DNA from: Eubacteriales bacterium
Lineage (GTDB): Bacteria > Bacillota > Clostridia > Oscillospirales > CAG-272
Assembly: GCA_045656745.1 (NCBI GenBank)
Contig: JAZORT010000039.1
Location: 2,067-66,066 of the forward strand
Length of the DNA stretch: 64,000 nucleotides
Direction of reading: 5' to 3'
The translations under genes were made by a program, and so were the position numbers. How positions within the stretch are numbered: position 1 is the first letter of the stretch; each line of letters opens with the position of its first letter. Below are positions 18,428 through 28,904 of the stretch, piece by piece. Below the pieces are notes generated by a model. That model had not been told where the DNA came from, did not search any database, and worked only from the letters and a program-made list of their open reading frames with translations.

Positions 18428-18982
18428 ATGAAACTTGATACCAGAGATTATGAAGCTAAAATGAAAAAGACTCTCACCTCCTATAACGAGAATCTTTCTA
18501 CTATAAGAGCGGGCAGAGCAAACCCCGACGTTCTTAAAAAAATAAGCGTTGATTACTACGGCTCGCCCACACCTATAACCCAGGTTGCCGAGGTAAAGGT
18601 TACCGACGCCCGCACTATTATGATTACCGCTTGGGATAAATCTATCATCAAGGGCATCGAGAAGGCAATTCTTACCTCCGACCTTGGTATTAACCCCCAG
18701 AGCGACGGAAGCGCAATCCGCCTTAACTTCCCCCCCACAACCGAGGAGAGAAGAAAGGAGCTTTCAAAGCAGATTGCAAAGCTTGGCGAGGATGCAAAGG
18801 TTGCTATCCGTAACATACGCCGCGATGCTAACGATAAGGTAAAGGCTGATAAGAAGAATTCTCTTATGACCGAGGACGAGGCAAAGGCTTCGGACAAGAG
18901 CGTTCAGGACCTTACCGATAAGTATATTAAGGAGATCGATGTTATTACCGCGGCAAAGACCAAGGAAATAATGGAAATCTGA
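18428..18982 (+). CDS. frr: Ribosome recycling factor
   Basis: IRAGRANP, VDYYGSPTP, TEERRKEL, AIRNIRRDAND. Confidence 0.97.
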   Translation: MKLDTRDYEAKMKKTLTSYNENLSTIRAGRANPDVLKKISVDYYGSPTPITQVAEVKVTDARTIMITAWDKSIIKGIEKAILTSDLGINPQSDGSAIRLNFPPTTEERRKELSKQIAKLGEDAKVAIRNIRRDANDKVKADKKNSLMTEDEAKASDKSVQDLTDKYIKEIDVITAAKTKEIMEI

Positions 18983-19004
18983 TTTTCCGAGAGGAGTATT
19001 TATA

Positions 19005-19721
19005 TTGGGACTCTTTGAAAAAGGAAAAAAGGAAAACACCCTTGACTCTGTTGCTATAATAATGGACGGCAACGGCAGGTGGGCGAAGGCTCGCGGGCTT
19101 GACAGAACGGCAGGGCATATCGAGGGAGCGAAGATAATTCAGGGAATTCTTGAGCATTTTCGTTCTATCGGTGTTCACCATGTCACCCTCTATGCCTTTT
19201 CTACCGAGAATTGGAAGCGCCCGAAATACGAGGTTGATATGCTTATGGAGCTTATCTATAAGTACCTCGATACCGTTGTTGTCAAGAAAATAAAAGAGGA
19301 CGAAAGCTTTGCTATGCGCTTCCTCGGTGACAAGTCGGTGCTTTCGAAAAAACTGAGAGATAAGTGTATTGAGATAGAGAATATGGCAGGGGACCGCCCC
19401 TTCGTCTGTAATCTTGCCTTGAACTACGGCGGCAGGGATGAGATTGTCCACGCCGCGAACGCAGCCTTTGCAGACGGGCATACAACCCTCACCGAGCAGA
19501 TCCTCGCGAAATATATGTACACATCAAAGTCTCCCGACCCCGACCTTGTAATAAGAACGGGCGGCGACTTTAGAATTTCGAACTTCCTTCTTTGGCAGAG
19601 CGCCTATTCCGAGTTCGTTATCCTTGACACCCTCTGGCCCGATTTCACTCCCGAAATTCTGGACGAGTGTATTAAGGAGTTTTACTCAAGAGACCGCCGC
19701 TTCGGCGGTATAAAGCAATAA
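19005..19721 (+). CDS. uppS: Undecaprenyl diphosphate synthase
   Basis: AIIMDGNGRWA, YAFSTENWKRP, RTGGDFRISNFLLWQ; TTG start with GAGGAG RBS. Confidence 0.96.
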   Translation: MGLFEKGKKENTLDSVAIIMDGNGRWAKARGLDRTAGHIEGAKIIQGILEHFRSIGVHHVTLYAFSTENWKRPKYEVDMLMELIYKYLDTVVVKKIKEDESFAMRFLGDKSVLSKKLRDKCIEIENMAGDRPFVCNLALNYGGRDEIVHAANAAFADGHTTLTEQILAKYMYTSKSPDPDLVIRTGGDFRISNFLLWQSAYSEFVILDTLWPDFTPEILDECIKEFYSRDRRFGGIKQ

Positions 19722-19779
19722 ATTTGCTTTAATATTTTGTGCTTCGGTACAAAAAAGAATAACAGAGGTTTTAAAAAAA

Positions 19780-20622
19780 ATGAAGATTCGTACTATAACC
19801 TCGGCATTTATACTTGCCGTTATGGTTCCGGTGCTTATATGGTCTAAATATCTTATATACCCCATAGTTCTTGCCTTCTTCTCGTTGGCAGCGGTTTTCG
19901 AGCTGCTCCGCGTTATCGGGATGCATAAGCACTATGCAATTTCGATACCTGCTTATGTAATGGCTATGGCTCTTCCCGTATTCACCCACGATATTTTTCT
20001 TGACCAGGACCCGAGGCTTCAGGTAAACTATATGCTCGTTTCGGTAGCGGTTATATTGGGTTACATGCTTTATATAATGGCTATCGCGGTATTCTCTAAA
20101 GGAAAAATAAGGTTTAGTAAGGTAGCCGAGGTATTTCTCTCGGTCACCTATGTGGTAATATCCTTTACGTCGCTTTGCCTTCTCAGGTATATTCCTTACG
20201 GCAACCTTTGCTTCTTCCTTGTTTTTGTCTCTGCCTGGGGTACAGATGTCGGCGCGTATTTCGTAGGCTCGCTTATCGGTAAGCACAAGCTTATTCCCGA
20301 GGTCAGCCCGAAAAAGAGCGTTGAAGGCTCGGTTGGCGGTATAATATTTGCTGCCATTTGCTTCGTTATCTACGGATTCGTCGTAGAGCAGTATACCGAC
20401 TATTCCGCAAATTATGTTGTCCTCGTTATTGCGGCTCTCATTCTTTCGGTAATTTCGCAAATCGGCGACCTTATCGCATCTCTTATTAAGAGAGAATACG
20501 GAATTAAGGATTACGGCAAAATTTTGCCCGGCCACGGCGGAATAATGGATAGATTTGACTCTATTCTTGCAGTATCTCTGCCTCTTTGTATGATTTGTCT
20601 TTGGATCTCTCCCTTTAATTGA
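19780..20622 (+). CDS. cdsA: Phosphatidate cytidylyltransferase
   Basis: SPKKSVEG, GDLIASLIKREYGIKDYG.ILPGHGGIMDRFDS. Confidence 0.96.
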   Translation: MKIRTITSAFILAVMVPVLIWSKYLIYPIVLAFFSLAAVFELLRVIGMHKHYAISIPAYVMAMALPVFTHDIFLDQDPRLQVNYMLVSVAVILGYMLYIMAIAVFSKGKIRFSKVAEVFLSVTYVVISFTSLCLLRYIPYGNLCFFLVFVSAWGTDVGAYFVGSLIGKHKLIPEVSPKKSVEGSVGGIIFAAICFVIYGFVVEQYTDYSANYVVLVIAALILSVISQIGDLIASLIKREYGIKDYGKILPGHGGIMDRFDSILAVSLPLCMICLWISPFN

Positions 20623-20650
20623 TTTTTTAAAACCTGCGGCACTGCCGCTG

Positions 20651-20680
20651 AAACCGCCGCGCTGTTGTGTGGCGGTTTTT
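20651..20680 (+). terminator. Terminator-like hairpin between cdsA and dxr
   Basis: AAACCGCCGCGC-TGTT-GTGTGGCGGTTTTT. Confidence 0.55.
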
Positions 20681-20727
20681 GAAACCATATAGGAGGGCGT
20701 TTTCGCCCATTCGAAACGGAGATTTAG

Positions 20728-21882
20728 ATGAAAAAAATTGCAATTCTCGGAGCAAGCGGCTCTGTTGGACTTCAGGCGGCAGATGTTGCCGAAAAACGCG
20801 GCTACTCTGTGGATTTTCTGTCTGCAAACCGCGATACCTCCGCCCTCGAGACTCTGGCGCGTAAGTTTAAGCCGAAGGCGGTTGCTATGGCTGACGAGGC
20901 TTCGGCCTCCGACCTCAGAGCGCGTCTTGCCGACACCGATATAAAGGTGCTCTTCGGTAAGGAGGGCATAATTGAGGGAATAAAGGCCTCCGAGGCTGAA
21001 ACTGTGGTTAATTCCATTCTCGGTGAGGCGGGTCTTGAGCCTACCCTTGCGGTAATAGAGTCGGGCAAGCGCCTTGCTCTTGCCAACAAGGAGTCCCTCG
21101 TTATTGCGGGAGATATAGTAATGAAAAATGCCCGTGAGAAGGGAGTTGAAATACTGCCCGTTGACAGTGAGCATTCGGCTATTTTTCAATCCCTGAGCGC
21201 AGGTAAAAAAAGCGAGATACGCCGTATTCTTCTCACCGCCTCGGGCGGTCCATTCCGCGGTAAGAGCCGCGAGGAGCTTAGGCAGGTAACTCTTGAGGAA
21301 ACCCTCGCTCACCCGACCTGGAAAATGGGCAAAAAAATCACCGTTGACTCCGCAACCCTTATGAATAAGGGCTTTGAGCTTATCGAGGCGGTGCATCTTT
21401 TTGAAACTCCCGCTGAAAAAATTGAAATTTTGGTTCACCCCGAGAGCATACTTCATTCGGCGGTTGAATATGTTGATAAGACGGTGATTGGCGAAATGTC
21501 AGTGCCCGATATGCGTATGTGCGTTCAGTATGCCGTTGACTATCCCGAGAGGGAGGAGTGCGATTTCGCTCCTCTCGACCTGACAAGGCTCGGAGGTCTC
21601 AGCTTCTTTAAGCCCGATTACGATGCCTTTCCGCTTCTCTCTCTTGCAAGGAGAGCTGCAAGCGACGGCGGAGCTATGGGCGCAGTTATGAACGCGGCAG
21701 ACGAGGAGGCGGTAGCCGCATTCCTTAGCGGAAATCTCTCCTTCCTCGGAATTTCGGACACCGTAATAAAAACCTATGAAAAAATGAGCCGCGCCGCAGC
21801 CTGCACCTCTCTTTCGGATATTTTAGAGGCGGCAGCCGAGGCGCGCCTAATCGCAAAAACTTATATAGGAGTAAATTCTTGA
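20728..21882 (+). CDS. dxr: 1-deoxy-D-xylulose-5-phosphate reductoisomerase
   Basis: ILGASGSVG, LANKESLV, LPVDSEHSAIFQ, HPTWKMGKKITVDSAT. Confidence 0.96.
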   Translation: MKKIAILGASGSVGLQAADVAEKRGYSVDFLSANRDTSALETLARKFKPKAVAMADEASASDLRARLADTDIKVLFGKEGIIEGIKASEAETVVNSILGEAGLEPTLAVIESGKRLALANKESLVIAGDIVMKNAREKGVEILPVDSEHSAIFQSLSAGKKSEIRRILLTASGGPFRGKSREELRQVTLEETLAHPTWKMGKKITVDSATLMNKGFELIEAVHLFETPAEKIEILVHPESILHSAVEYVDKTVIGEMSVPDMRMCVQYAVDYPEREECDFAPLDLTRLGGLSFFKPDYDAFPLLSLARRAASDGGAMGAVMNAADEEAVAAFLSGNLSFLGISDTVIKTYEKMSRAAACTSLSDILEAAAEARLIAKTYIGVNS

Positions 21883-22925
21883 ACATTCTCTCAACTATTT
21901 TCTGGGCGGTTTTAGTCCTTGGATTTCTTATTTTCGTTCACGAGCTTGGTCATTTTATCTTCGCCAGACTCTTTAGAGTGAAAATTAACGAGTTTTCTCT
22001 CGGAATGGGTCCGAGGCTTGTATGGTATGATTCCAAAAAAACGGGAATAAAATACAGTCTTGCAATGTTTCCTCTCGGCGGCTTTGTCTCTATGGCGGGC
22101 GAGAATGACGAGAGCGATGACCCCAATTCCTTTGATAAAAAGCCTGCTTGGCAAAGGCTGATCATCTCTCTTGCAGGTCCGCTTGTCAATATCCTCGTCG
22201 GCCTTATAATGATGATGATTCTCACCTGCTTTATCAATATCGGAAGCACCACCGTTACAAGGTTTATGGACAGAGACGCAGGCGTTGTTTCCTCCGAAAG
22301 CTCCGGCCTTATGGTAGGTGACGAGGTTGTCAGAGTAGATGGCAAAAGAGTAAGGTTTTATGACGAGCTTTATTATGAAATACTTCGCTCGGGTCACGAG
22401 CCTTGCGACATTACCGTAATCAGGGACGGTGAGGAAATTATCCTCAATGATGTTGTTTTCCCGACACAGCAGTCCTCCGGTCAGGTTTTCGGAATTATGG
22501 ACTTTAATGTCAAAGCGGCAGACGGCGGCTTCTTTGAGTCGGTAGGCTACGCCTTTTCAAAGACCGTCCTTACCGTAAGAATGTGCGTTGAGGGTATAGT
22601 TGACCTGATAAGGGGAAGATTTACCCTTGAGGGCGTTTCGGGCCCTGTCGGAATTTCCGAGGCAATAGGCGAGGCGGCAAGGACCGACCACCTCTCGCTT
22701 ATAAATCTTGTAGGATTTATCAGTATAAATCTCGGAATAATGAATCTTCTTCCCATACCCGCCCTTGACGGCGGACGCTCGCTTCTTTTGTGCGTTGAAA
22801 TGATTACTAAAAAACGAATTCCCCCGAAGATTGAGAATACCATAAATGCGGTTGCTTTAGCGCTTCTTCTCGGACTTTCGGTACTGATAATGTTTAAGGA
22901 CGCTTTTCAAATTATTGCTCGTTAG
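21879..22925 (+). CDS. rseP: RseP-like site-2 (M50) metalloprotease
   Basis: HELGH, PDZ-like region, NLLPIPALDGG. Confidence 0.93.
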   Translation: MNILSTIFWAVLVLGFLIFVHELGHFIFARLFRVKINEFSLGMGPRLVWYDSKKTGIKYSLAMFPLGGFVSMAGENDESDDPNSFDKKPAWQRLIISLAGPLVNILVGLIMMMILTCFINIGSTTVTRFMDRDAGVVSSESSGLMVGDEVVRVDGKRVRFYDELYYEILRSGHEPCDITVIRDGEEIILNDVVFPTQQSSGQVFGIMDFNVKAADGGFFESVGYAFSKTVLTVRMCVEGIVDLIRGRFTLEGVSGPVGISEAIGEAARTDHLSLINLVGFISINLGIMNLLPIPALDGGRSLLLCVEMITKKRIPPKIENTINAVALALLLGLSVLIMFKDAFQIIAR

Positions 22926-22935
22926 GAGTATATAA

Positions 22936-24012
22936 ATGGACTACAATTCTTATAGAAGAAGAACAAGGGAGGTTCATGTAGGCAGTCTTAAAATAGGCGG
23001 TCTTTCCCCCCTTACCGTTCAATCTATGTTAAATAAGGATACCCGCGATGTTGAGGGCTGCTACCTTCAGGCAAAGGCTCTTGAGGACGCAGGGTGTCAG
23101 ATAATACGCCTTACCGCCCCCGACATCGAGTCGGTAAAGACCTTCTCGGAGCTAAAGGCGAGAGGAATAAAGGCTCCCCTCGTTGCGGATATTCACTTTA
23201 ATTACGAGATAGCCCTTCGCGCCATAGAGGCGGGAGTTGATAAAATAAGAATAAACCCGGGAAATATCGGCTCGCTTGAAAAGACCCGCCTTGTTGTTAA
23301 GGCGGCAAAGGAAAGAGGTGTGCCTATCCGTATCGGTGTAAACTCAGGCTCTCTTGAAAAAGAGATACTTGAAAAATACGGCTCACCCACCGCCGAGGCT
23401 CTTGCAGAGAGTGCGCTTATGCACGCATCTATTCTCGAGGAGCTTGATTTTCACCAGGTAATCCTTTCGGTAAAGTCATCAAGCGTGCAGACTATGATTG
23501 GCGCAAGCCGTATTCTTGCCGAAAAAACCGACTATCCTATCCATCTCGGCGTGACCGAGGCAGGGGCAGGGCTTTTCGCAACTGTTAAGAGCAGTGTCGG
23601 TATCGGCGCTCTTCTCTCCGAGGGTATCGGTGACACCCTGCGCGTTTCCCTGACGGATGACCCTTGCCGCGAAATTGAGGCGGCGGAGGCCATTCTTCGC
23701 TCCCTTGAGCTTTCGGAAAAAGCGGGAATGAATATCGTCTCCTGCCCAACCTGCGGCAGGACGAAAATAGACCTTATCTCCCTTGTTTCGCGCTTTGAGG
23801 AAAGAGTAAAGGCTGAGGGGCTTGATAAGAAAAATATTAAGGTAGCAATAATGGGCTGCGCCGTAAACGGCCCCGGTGAGGCAAGAGAGGCTGACATCGG
23901 AGTTGCGGGTGGCAGCGGCGAGGCACTCCTTTTCAAAAAAGGAGTGGCAATAAGAAAAATAAAGGAAGCTGATGTTATCGACACACTCATTGGCGAAATA
24001 AAGCTTCTTTAA
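22936..24012 (+). CDS. ispG: HMBPP synthase
   Basis: VADIHF, RINPGNIG, IRIGVNSGSL, SCPTCGRT, MGCAVNGPGEA. Confidence 0.96.
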   Translation: MDYNSYRRRTREVHVGSLKIGGLSPLTVQSMLNKDTRDVEGCYLQAKALEDAGCQIIRLTAPDIESVKTFSELKARGIKAPLVADIHFNYEIALRAIEAGVDKIRINPGNIGSLEKTRLVVKAAKERGVPIRIGVNSGSLEKEILEKYGSPTAEALAESALMHASILEELDFHQVILSVKSSSVQTMIGASRILAEKTDYPIHLGVTEAGAGLFATVKSSVGIGALLSEGIGDTLRVSLTDDPCREIEAAEAILRSLELSEKAGMNIVSCPTCGRTKIDLISLVSRFEERVKAEGLDKKNIKVAIMGCAVNGPGEAREADIGVAGGSGEALLFKKGVAIRKIKEADVIDTLIGEIKLL

Positions 24013-24031
24013 GACAGAAAAAAGGTGTTTT

Positions 24032-27000
24032 ATGCAGACGGAAAAGAAATTTTTTGAAGTATTTTCAAGATATTCTCCCTCGGTAGAGAAGAGGGAGCTG
24101 CTTTTGCGCGCGCATTCGGCACGGTACAGATACACAAAGGACCCTATGAGAGTAGAGGTTGACCTTTCCTTTGACTCTCACGAGGACCCGGAGCTTATAT
24201 ACGAGATTGAGGACGAATGCCGCACCCTTTATAACGCAGAGTCCTTTAAAATACTCCCCCATTTTCCTCCCGAGATATTCTCGGAGAAATATTATCCTGA
24301 GATTGCCCTTGAGGCTGCAAGCTGCGGTGCTGTGACCCACGGCTTTTTCTCTGGCGCTGATTATACCGATGACGGTGAAACGATAACCGTCTCTATCCCC
24401 TTTGAGCAAAGCGGTATCGACTTTGTTAAAAACGCAAACACCGAGGCGATTTTTGCAAATATCCTCTTTAGCAGATACGGCGTAAAGCGCGCGGTAAAGG
24501 TTGTAGAGGGCAGCGGCGCTGAGCAAAGGCGTCTTGAATGGGAGCGCAAGAGGGTTGATATAATGAAAAAAGCGGAGGAGGAGAGCCGCGAGCAGCTCCG
24601 CCGCGAGCAGGGCGAGATAATGCGCCGCAGAGAAGAGGAGGCGAGAGCCAACGACCCAACCTATGACTTTGAGGCAAAGGCGGGTATCTCTCAGGCAACC
24701 GGCGCGCTTGAAATTATAAGCGACACAACCTACCGTATCGGCGCAACTACATATAGCTTTGCCGAGTCGGAGCTTATTTTTGGAGATAATTTCGACATCT
24801 TCGAGCCAACCCCCCTGGCAGAAGCTCCAAAGACCCACGGCAGACAAATATTCCTCGGCACCGTCTTTGAGGTATCTCTCAAAGAGACAAGAGCGGGTGA
24901 CAAAACTAACTGCACCATAGGTATTTCTGACGGCGCATCGGCTATTTATGTAAAGAAAACTTTACTTAACGAGGAAATGGGTTGGGTAAATGACCTTGCA
25001 GGCGCGGTAAAGAAGGGAAAGAAAAAGATGCTTCCCGTTGCGGTGCTCGGCAGAGTGCAGACCGATAAATTCGATAACGAGCCATACCTTTCTCCCTATG
25101 GAATAAAGCGAATTTCTTCTATTGAAAGAAAGGACAACGCCGAGCAAAAGCGTGTTGAGCTTCACCTCCACACCAATATGTCACAGATGGACGCCATCAT
25201 CACTCCCAAGGAGCTTGTTGAAACGGCTATCCGCTGGGGGCACAAGGCTATTGCGGTTACCGACCACGGTAATGTGCAGTCTTTCCCCGAGGTAATGCTC
25301 GCCCTTGAAGGCTCGGGCAACGAGGACCTTAAAATCCTCTACGGAACAGAGGCGTATTATGTAAACGACACCGCAAGGTGTATTTTCGGTAAAAACTATC
25401 CCGAGTTTACGGATGAAATGGTAGTTTTTGATATAGAAACCACCGGTCTTTCCAACCGCACCTGCAAGATAATCGAAATAGGCGCGGCAAGGATAAAGGG
25501 CGGGGAGATTATCGATACATTCGATATTTTTGTTGACCCCGAATGTCCTATTCCCGAGGAGATAACCGCCCTCACCTCTATTACCGATGAGGACGTCAAG
25601 GGCGCGCCGAAGGAGCGCGAGGCTCTTGAAAAATTCTTTGAATACGCGGGTGATAGAATGCTTATTGCCCACAATGCAAACTTCGATATAGGCTTTATCC
25701 GCGTTGCCGCAGAGAGGCAGGGAATACCTTTTAACAATACCTATCTTGACACTCTCGGTCTTTCAAAATATGTAAACCCCGAGCTTAAAAACCATAAGCT
25801 TGACACAATAGTTGACCACTATAAGCTTGGTGACTTCCACCACCACAGAGCCTCCGATGATGCCGAAATTCTGGCAAGAATATTCATCGTAATGCTGGAG
25901 CGCCTTTCAAAGGAGGGTATAACCGACTTTGAGGGAGTTATGTCGGCAATGGGAGAGGCGGTTGACCCCTTGAAGCTCAACGCCTACCACCTTATAGTGT
26001 TTGCGAAAAACAAAGAGGGACTTAAAAACCTCTATAAGCTCATTTCTCAAAGCTATCTTAACTATTACGGCGGCTTCGGCAGACAGAAAAAGGTGCCCCG
26101 AATGCCCAAAACCGTTATCGAGCAGCACAGAGAGGGGCTTATCATCGGCTCTGCCTGCGTTTCAGGCGAGCTTTATAACGCCGTCCTTGACGGCAAAAAG
26201 CAGGAGGAGCTTGAGGAGCTAGCCGCATTTTACGACTATCTCGAAATTCAGCCTATCTGCAACAACCGCTTCCTCGTTGACGAGGGCAAGGTCAGCGACA
26301 ACGATGCCCTCCGCGAGATAAACCGCAAGATATACGAGCTCGGCAAAAAGATAGGAAAGCCGGTTTGTGCCACTTGCGACGCGCATTTCGTTAACAAAGA
26401 GGACGAAATTTACAGAAGAATACTCCTTGCGGGTATGAAGTTTAAGGATGCCGACAAGGACGAGCCTATTTACCTTCGTACCACCGATGAAATGCTTGAG
26501 GAGTTTGCATATCTCGGTGAAGAGGCGGCAAGAGAGGTTGTTATCACCAACCCCAACAAGATTGCCGATATGTTTGAAAAAATAAGACCTATTCCCGAGG
26601 GCAGATACGAGCCCGATCTTCCCGGCGCAAAAGAGGAGCTTGAAAGCTCTTGCTGGCAGCGCGCCCACGATTGGTATGGCGACAACCTCCCCGAGGTGGT
26701 TGAAAAAAGACTTGAAAAGGAGCTTACCTCTATTATAAAGAACGGCTTTGCGGTGCTTTATATGATTGCGGTAAAGCTGGTTGCCTATTCCGAGAGCCTG
26801 GGTTATCAGGTAGGCTCGCGAGGCTCGGTTGGCTCCTCCTTCGTTGCTACAATGTCGGGTATTTCGGAGGTTAACCCCCTCCCGCCTCATTACAGATGCT
26901 TAAAATGCCGTTATTCCGAGTTTATAACCGACGGCTCGGTAGGCTCGGGCTTCGACCTCCCCGATAAAAAATGCCCCGTCTGCGGTGAAATGCTTTATCA

Positions 27001-28480
27001 GGACGGACACGATATTCCCTTCGAAACCTTCCTTGGCTTCCACGGCGATAAATCTCCTGATATAGACCTTAACTTCTCGGGCGATGTGCAGGGTAAGGTG
27101 CATAAGTACACCGAGGAGCTATTCGGCGAGGGTCAGGTTTACCGCGCGGGTACTATAACAGGCCTTGCGGATAAAACCGCTTGGGGATATATTGCGAAAT
27201 ATCTCGAGGAGCGTAAAATAAAAATACCAAAGGCCGAAATCGGTCATATGGTAACCAAAATAATGGGTATAAAGAAAACTACGGGTCAGCACCCCGGCGG
27301 CATCATCGTTGTACCTAACGAGTACGATATTTATGACTTTACTCCCATTCAGCACCCTGCCGACGACCCTAACGCCGACACAGTAACCACCCACTTCCAG
27401 TTCTCCTATCTTCATGATACTATCCTGAAGCTTGACGAGCTTGGACACGATATTCCCACCAAGTATAAGATGCTTGAAAAGTATACGAACACCTCGGTTC
27501 TTGATGTTAAAATGAACGATAAGACCATATACGAGTTGTTCTCTTCTACCAAGCCTCTCGGTATTACCCCCGAGCAGATCGGCGGTTCCCAGCTTGCAAC
27601 CTTTGGTATTCCCGAGTTCGGTACCCGTTTCCTTCAGCAGGTTCTTCTTGATGCAAAGCCAAAAAACTTTGCCGACCTTCTTCAGATCTCGGGTCTCACC
27701 CACGGAACGGGCTGTTGGCTCGGCAACGCGGACGAGCTTATCAAGGCGGGTATCTGCGACATTTCGGGCGTTATCGGCTGTCGTGACGATATTATGAATG
27801 CGCTAATCCGTTACGGACTTGATAACTCAACCGCTTTCAAAATAATGGAGAGCGTTCGAAAGGGTAAGGGTCTTACCGATGAGTGGAAGGCAACAATGCG
27901 TGAGAACAATGTTCCCGAGTGGTATATCGACTCCTGCCTTAAAATCAAATACATGTTCCCCAAGGCGCACGCTGCAGCCTATGTTATGTCGGCAATCCGT
28001 CTTGTTTGGTATAAAATCTATTATCCTATGGAATTTTATGCCGCATTCCTCACCGTTGCCCCCGGCGGCTTTGACGCAGAAATAGTGGGCAGAGGATACG
28101 ACGGAGTAAATGATGAGATCAAGGCAATTGAAGCAAAGGGTAACGACGCCAGCGCAAAGGAAAATGAAACCTGCCAAACCCTCTATTTGGTTAGAGAGGC
28201 TCTTGCAAGAGGCGTTAAATTCCTTAATGTTGATTTGAAAAAGTCGGATGCTTACGCATTCCTGCCCGAAAACGGCAAGATAAGAATGCCCTTTAACTCG
28301 CTTCCCGGCCTCGGTGACACCGCCGCCGCCAAGATAATTGAGGCGAGAGACACCTTTGACATTTATTCGGTAGAGGAGCTTCGTCTCCACACCGGAATTT
28401 CAAAGGCGGTAATCGAGATTTTGAGGCGTAACCATGTTCTTGACGGACTTTCCGAAACGAACCAGTTCTCGATGTTCTAA
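24032..28480 (+). CDS. polC: DNA polymerase III alpha, PolC type
   Basis: RVELHLHTNMSQMD (PHP), VVFDIETTG (exonuclease), GSRGSVGSS, PDIDLNF, YMFPKAHAAAY; no intein seen. Confidence 0.97.
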   Translation: MQTEKKFFEVFSRYSPSVEKRELLLRAHSARYRYTKDPMRVEVDLSFDSHEDPELIYEIEDECRTLYNAESFKILPHFPPEIFSEKYYPEIALEAASCGAVTHGFFSGADYTDDGETITVSIPFEQSGIDFVKNANTEAIFANILFSRYGVKRAVKVVEGSGAEQRRLEWERKRVDIMKKAEEESREQLRREQGEIMRRREEEARANDPTYDFEAKAGISQATGALEIISDTTYRIGATTYSFAESELIFGDNFDIFEPTPLAEAPKTHGRQIFLGTVFEVSLKETRAGDKTNCTIGISDGASAIYVKKTLLNEEMGWVNDLAGAVKKGKKKMLPVAVLGRVQTDKFDNEPYLSPYGIKRISSIERKDNAEQKRVELHLHTNMSQMDAIITPKELVETAIRWGHKAIAVTDHGNVQSFPEVMLALEGSGNEDLKILYGTEAYYVNDTARCIFGKNYPEFTDEMVVFDIETTGLSNRTCKIIEIGAARIKGGEIIDTFDIFVDPECPIPEEITALTSITDEDVKGAPKEREALEKFFEYAGDRMLIAHNANFDIGFIRVAAERQGIPFNNTYLDTLGLSKYVNPELKNHKLDTIVDHYKLGDFHHHRASDDAEILARIFIVMLERLSKEGITDFEGVMSAMGEAVDPLKLNAYHLIVFAKNKEGLKNLYKLISQSYLNYYGGFGRQKKVPRMPKTVIEQHREGLIIGSACVSGELYNAVLDGKKQEELEELAAFYDYLEIQPICNNRFLVDEGKVSDNDALREINRKIYELGKKIGKPVCATCDAHFVNKEDEIYRRILLAGMKFKDADKDEPIYLRTTDEMLEEFAYLGEEAAREVVITNPNKIADMFEKIRPIPEGRYEPDLPGAKEELESSCWQRAHDWYGDNLPEVVEKRLEKELTSIIKNGFAVLYMIAVKLVAYSESLGYQVGSRGSVGSSFVATMSGISEVNPLPPHYRCLKCRYSEFITDGSVGSGFDLPDKKCPVCGEMLYQDGHDIPFETFLGFHGDKSPDIDLNFSGDVQGKVHKYTEELFGEGQVYRAGTITGLADKTAWGYIAKYLEERKIKIPKAEIGHMVTKIMGIKKTTGQHPGGIIVVPNEYDIYDFTPIQHPADDPNADTVTTHFQFSYLHDTILKLDELGHDIPTKYKMLEKYTNTSVLDVKMNDKTIYELFSSTKPLGITPEQIGGSQLATFGIPEFGTRFLQQVLLDAKPKNFADLLQISGLTHGTGCWLGNADELIKAGICDISGVIGCRDDIMNALIRYGLDNSTAFKIMESVRKGKGLTDEWKATMRENNVPEWYIDSCLKIKYMFPKAHAAAYVMSAIRLVWYKIYYPMEFYAAFLTVAPGGFDAEIVGRGYDGVNDEIKAIEAKGNDASAKENETCQTLYLVREALARGVKFLNVDLKKSDAYAFLPENGKIRMPFNSLPGLGDTAAAKIIEARDTFDIYSVEELRLHTGISKAVIEILRRNHVLDGLSETNQFSMF

Positions 28481-28490
28481 ATAATAAAAC

Positions 28491-28520
28491 AGAGGAAGAG
28501 GGTCTTGTTCCTCTTCCTCT
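28491..28520. terminator. Bidirectional terminator
   Basis: AGAGGAAGAGG / CCTCTTCCTCT between convergent genes. Confidence 0.65.
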
Positions 28521-28534
28521 AAAATTTGTAAACT

Positions 28535-28900
28535 TTATTTTACAAAAAGCAAAAGTATAAGCAGTATGGCGGTTTCTATATCTCCGTCCTTTGAGAAGAG
28601 GAGAAATGCCGCTACCGCAATGATAAGTATATCCTCGGTTTTAAGGTCGGAAAGAAAGCCCGAGCCGCTGAAAATGCCCCCTTTGAATAGGCTCGTTATA
28701 CCCGAGAGGGAAAAGAGAGAGCCTTGTGACTCCTTTGCGCTCGGCGCAGAGCAGCTCTCGCAGGCTTCTGCGGCGGTTTCTGCCGTATCGGCACACTCGG
28801 GCTGTAAAACTTCCTCTGTCTGCCCCTCCGAGAAGGCTATGCCTCCGTAATTTTCGGGCGGAAGTGCCGCCTCCGTAGGATAAAAGCTTCTTGAATACAT
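28535..28900 (-). CDS. Hypothetical protein with hydrophobic C-terminus
   Basis: GAGGTG RBS; low-complexity N-half; C-terminal EDILIIAVAAFLLF..DIETAILLILLLF. Confidence 0.7.
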   Translation of the reverse strand: MYSRSFYPTEAALPPENYGGIAFSEGQTEEVLQPECADTAETAAEACESCSAPSAKESQGSLFSLSGITSLFKGGIFSGSGFLSDLKTEDILIIAVAAFLLFSKDGDIETAILLILLLFVK

Positions 28901-28904
28901 GCTC

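Noticed and set aside
19771..21456. 561-aa antisense ORF across cdsA-dxr
   Set aside because: Lies opposite two conserved essential genes and has no protein-family features.
24032..28480. Intein or frameshift in polC
   Set aside because: Length and domain order are normal for PolC; no splice-junction motifs seen.
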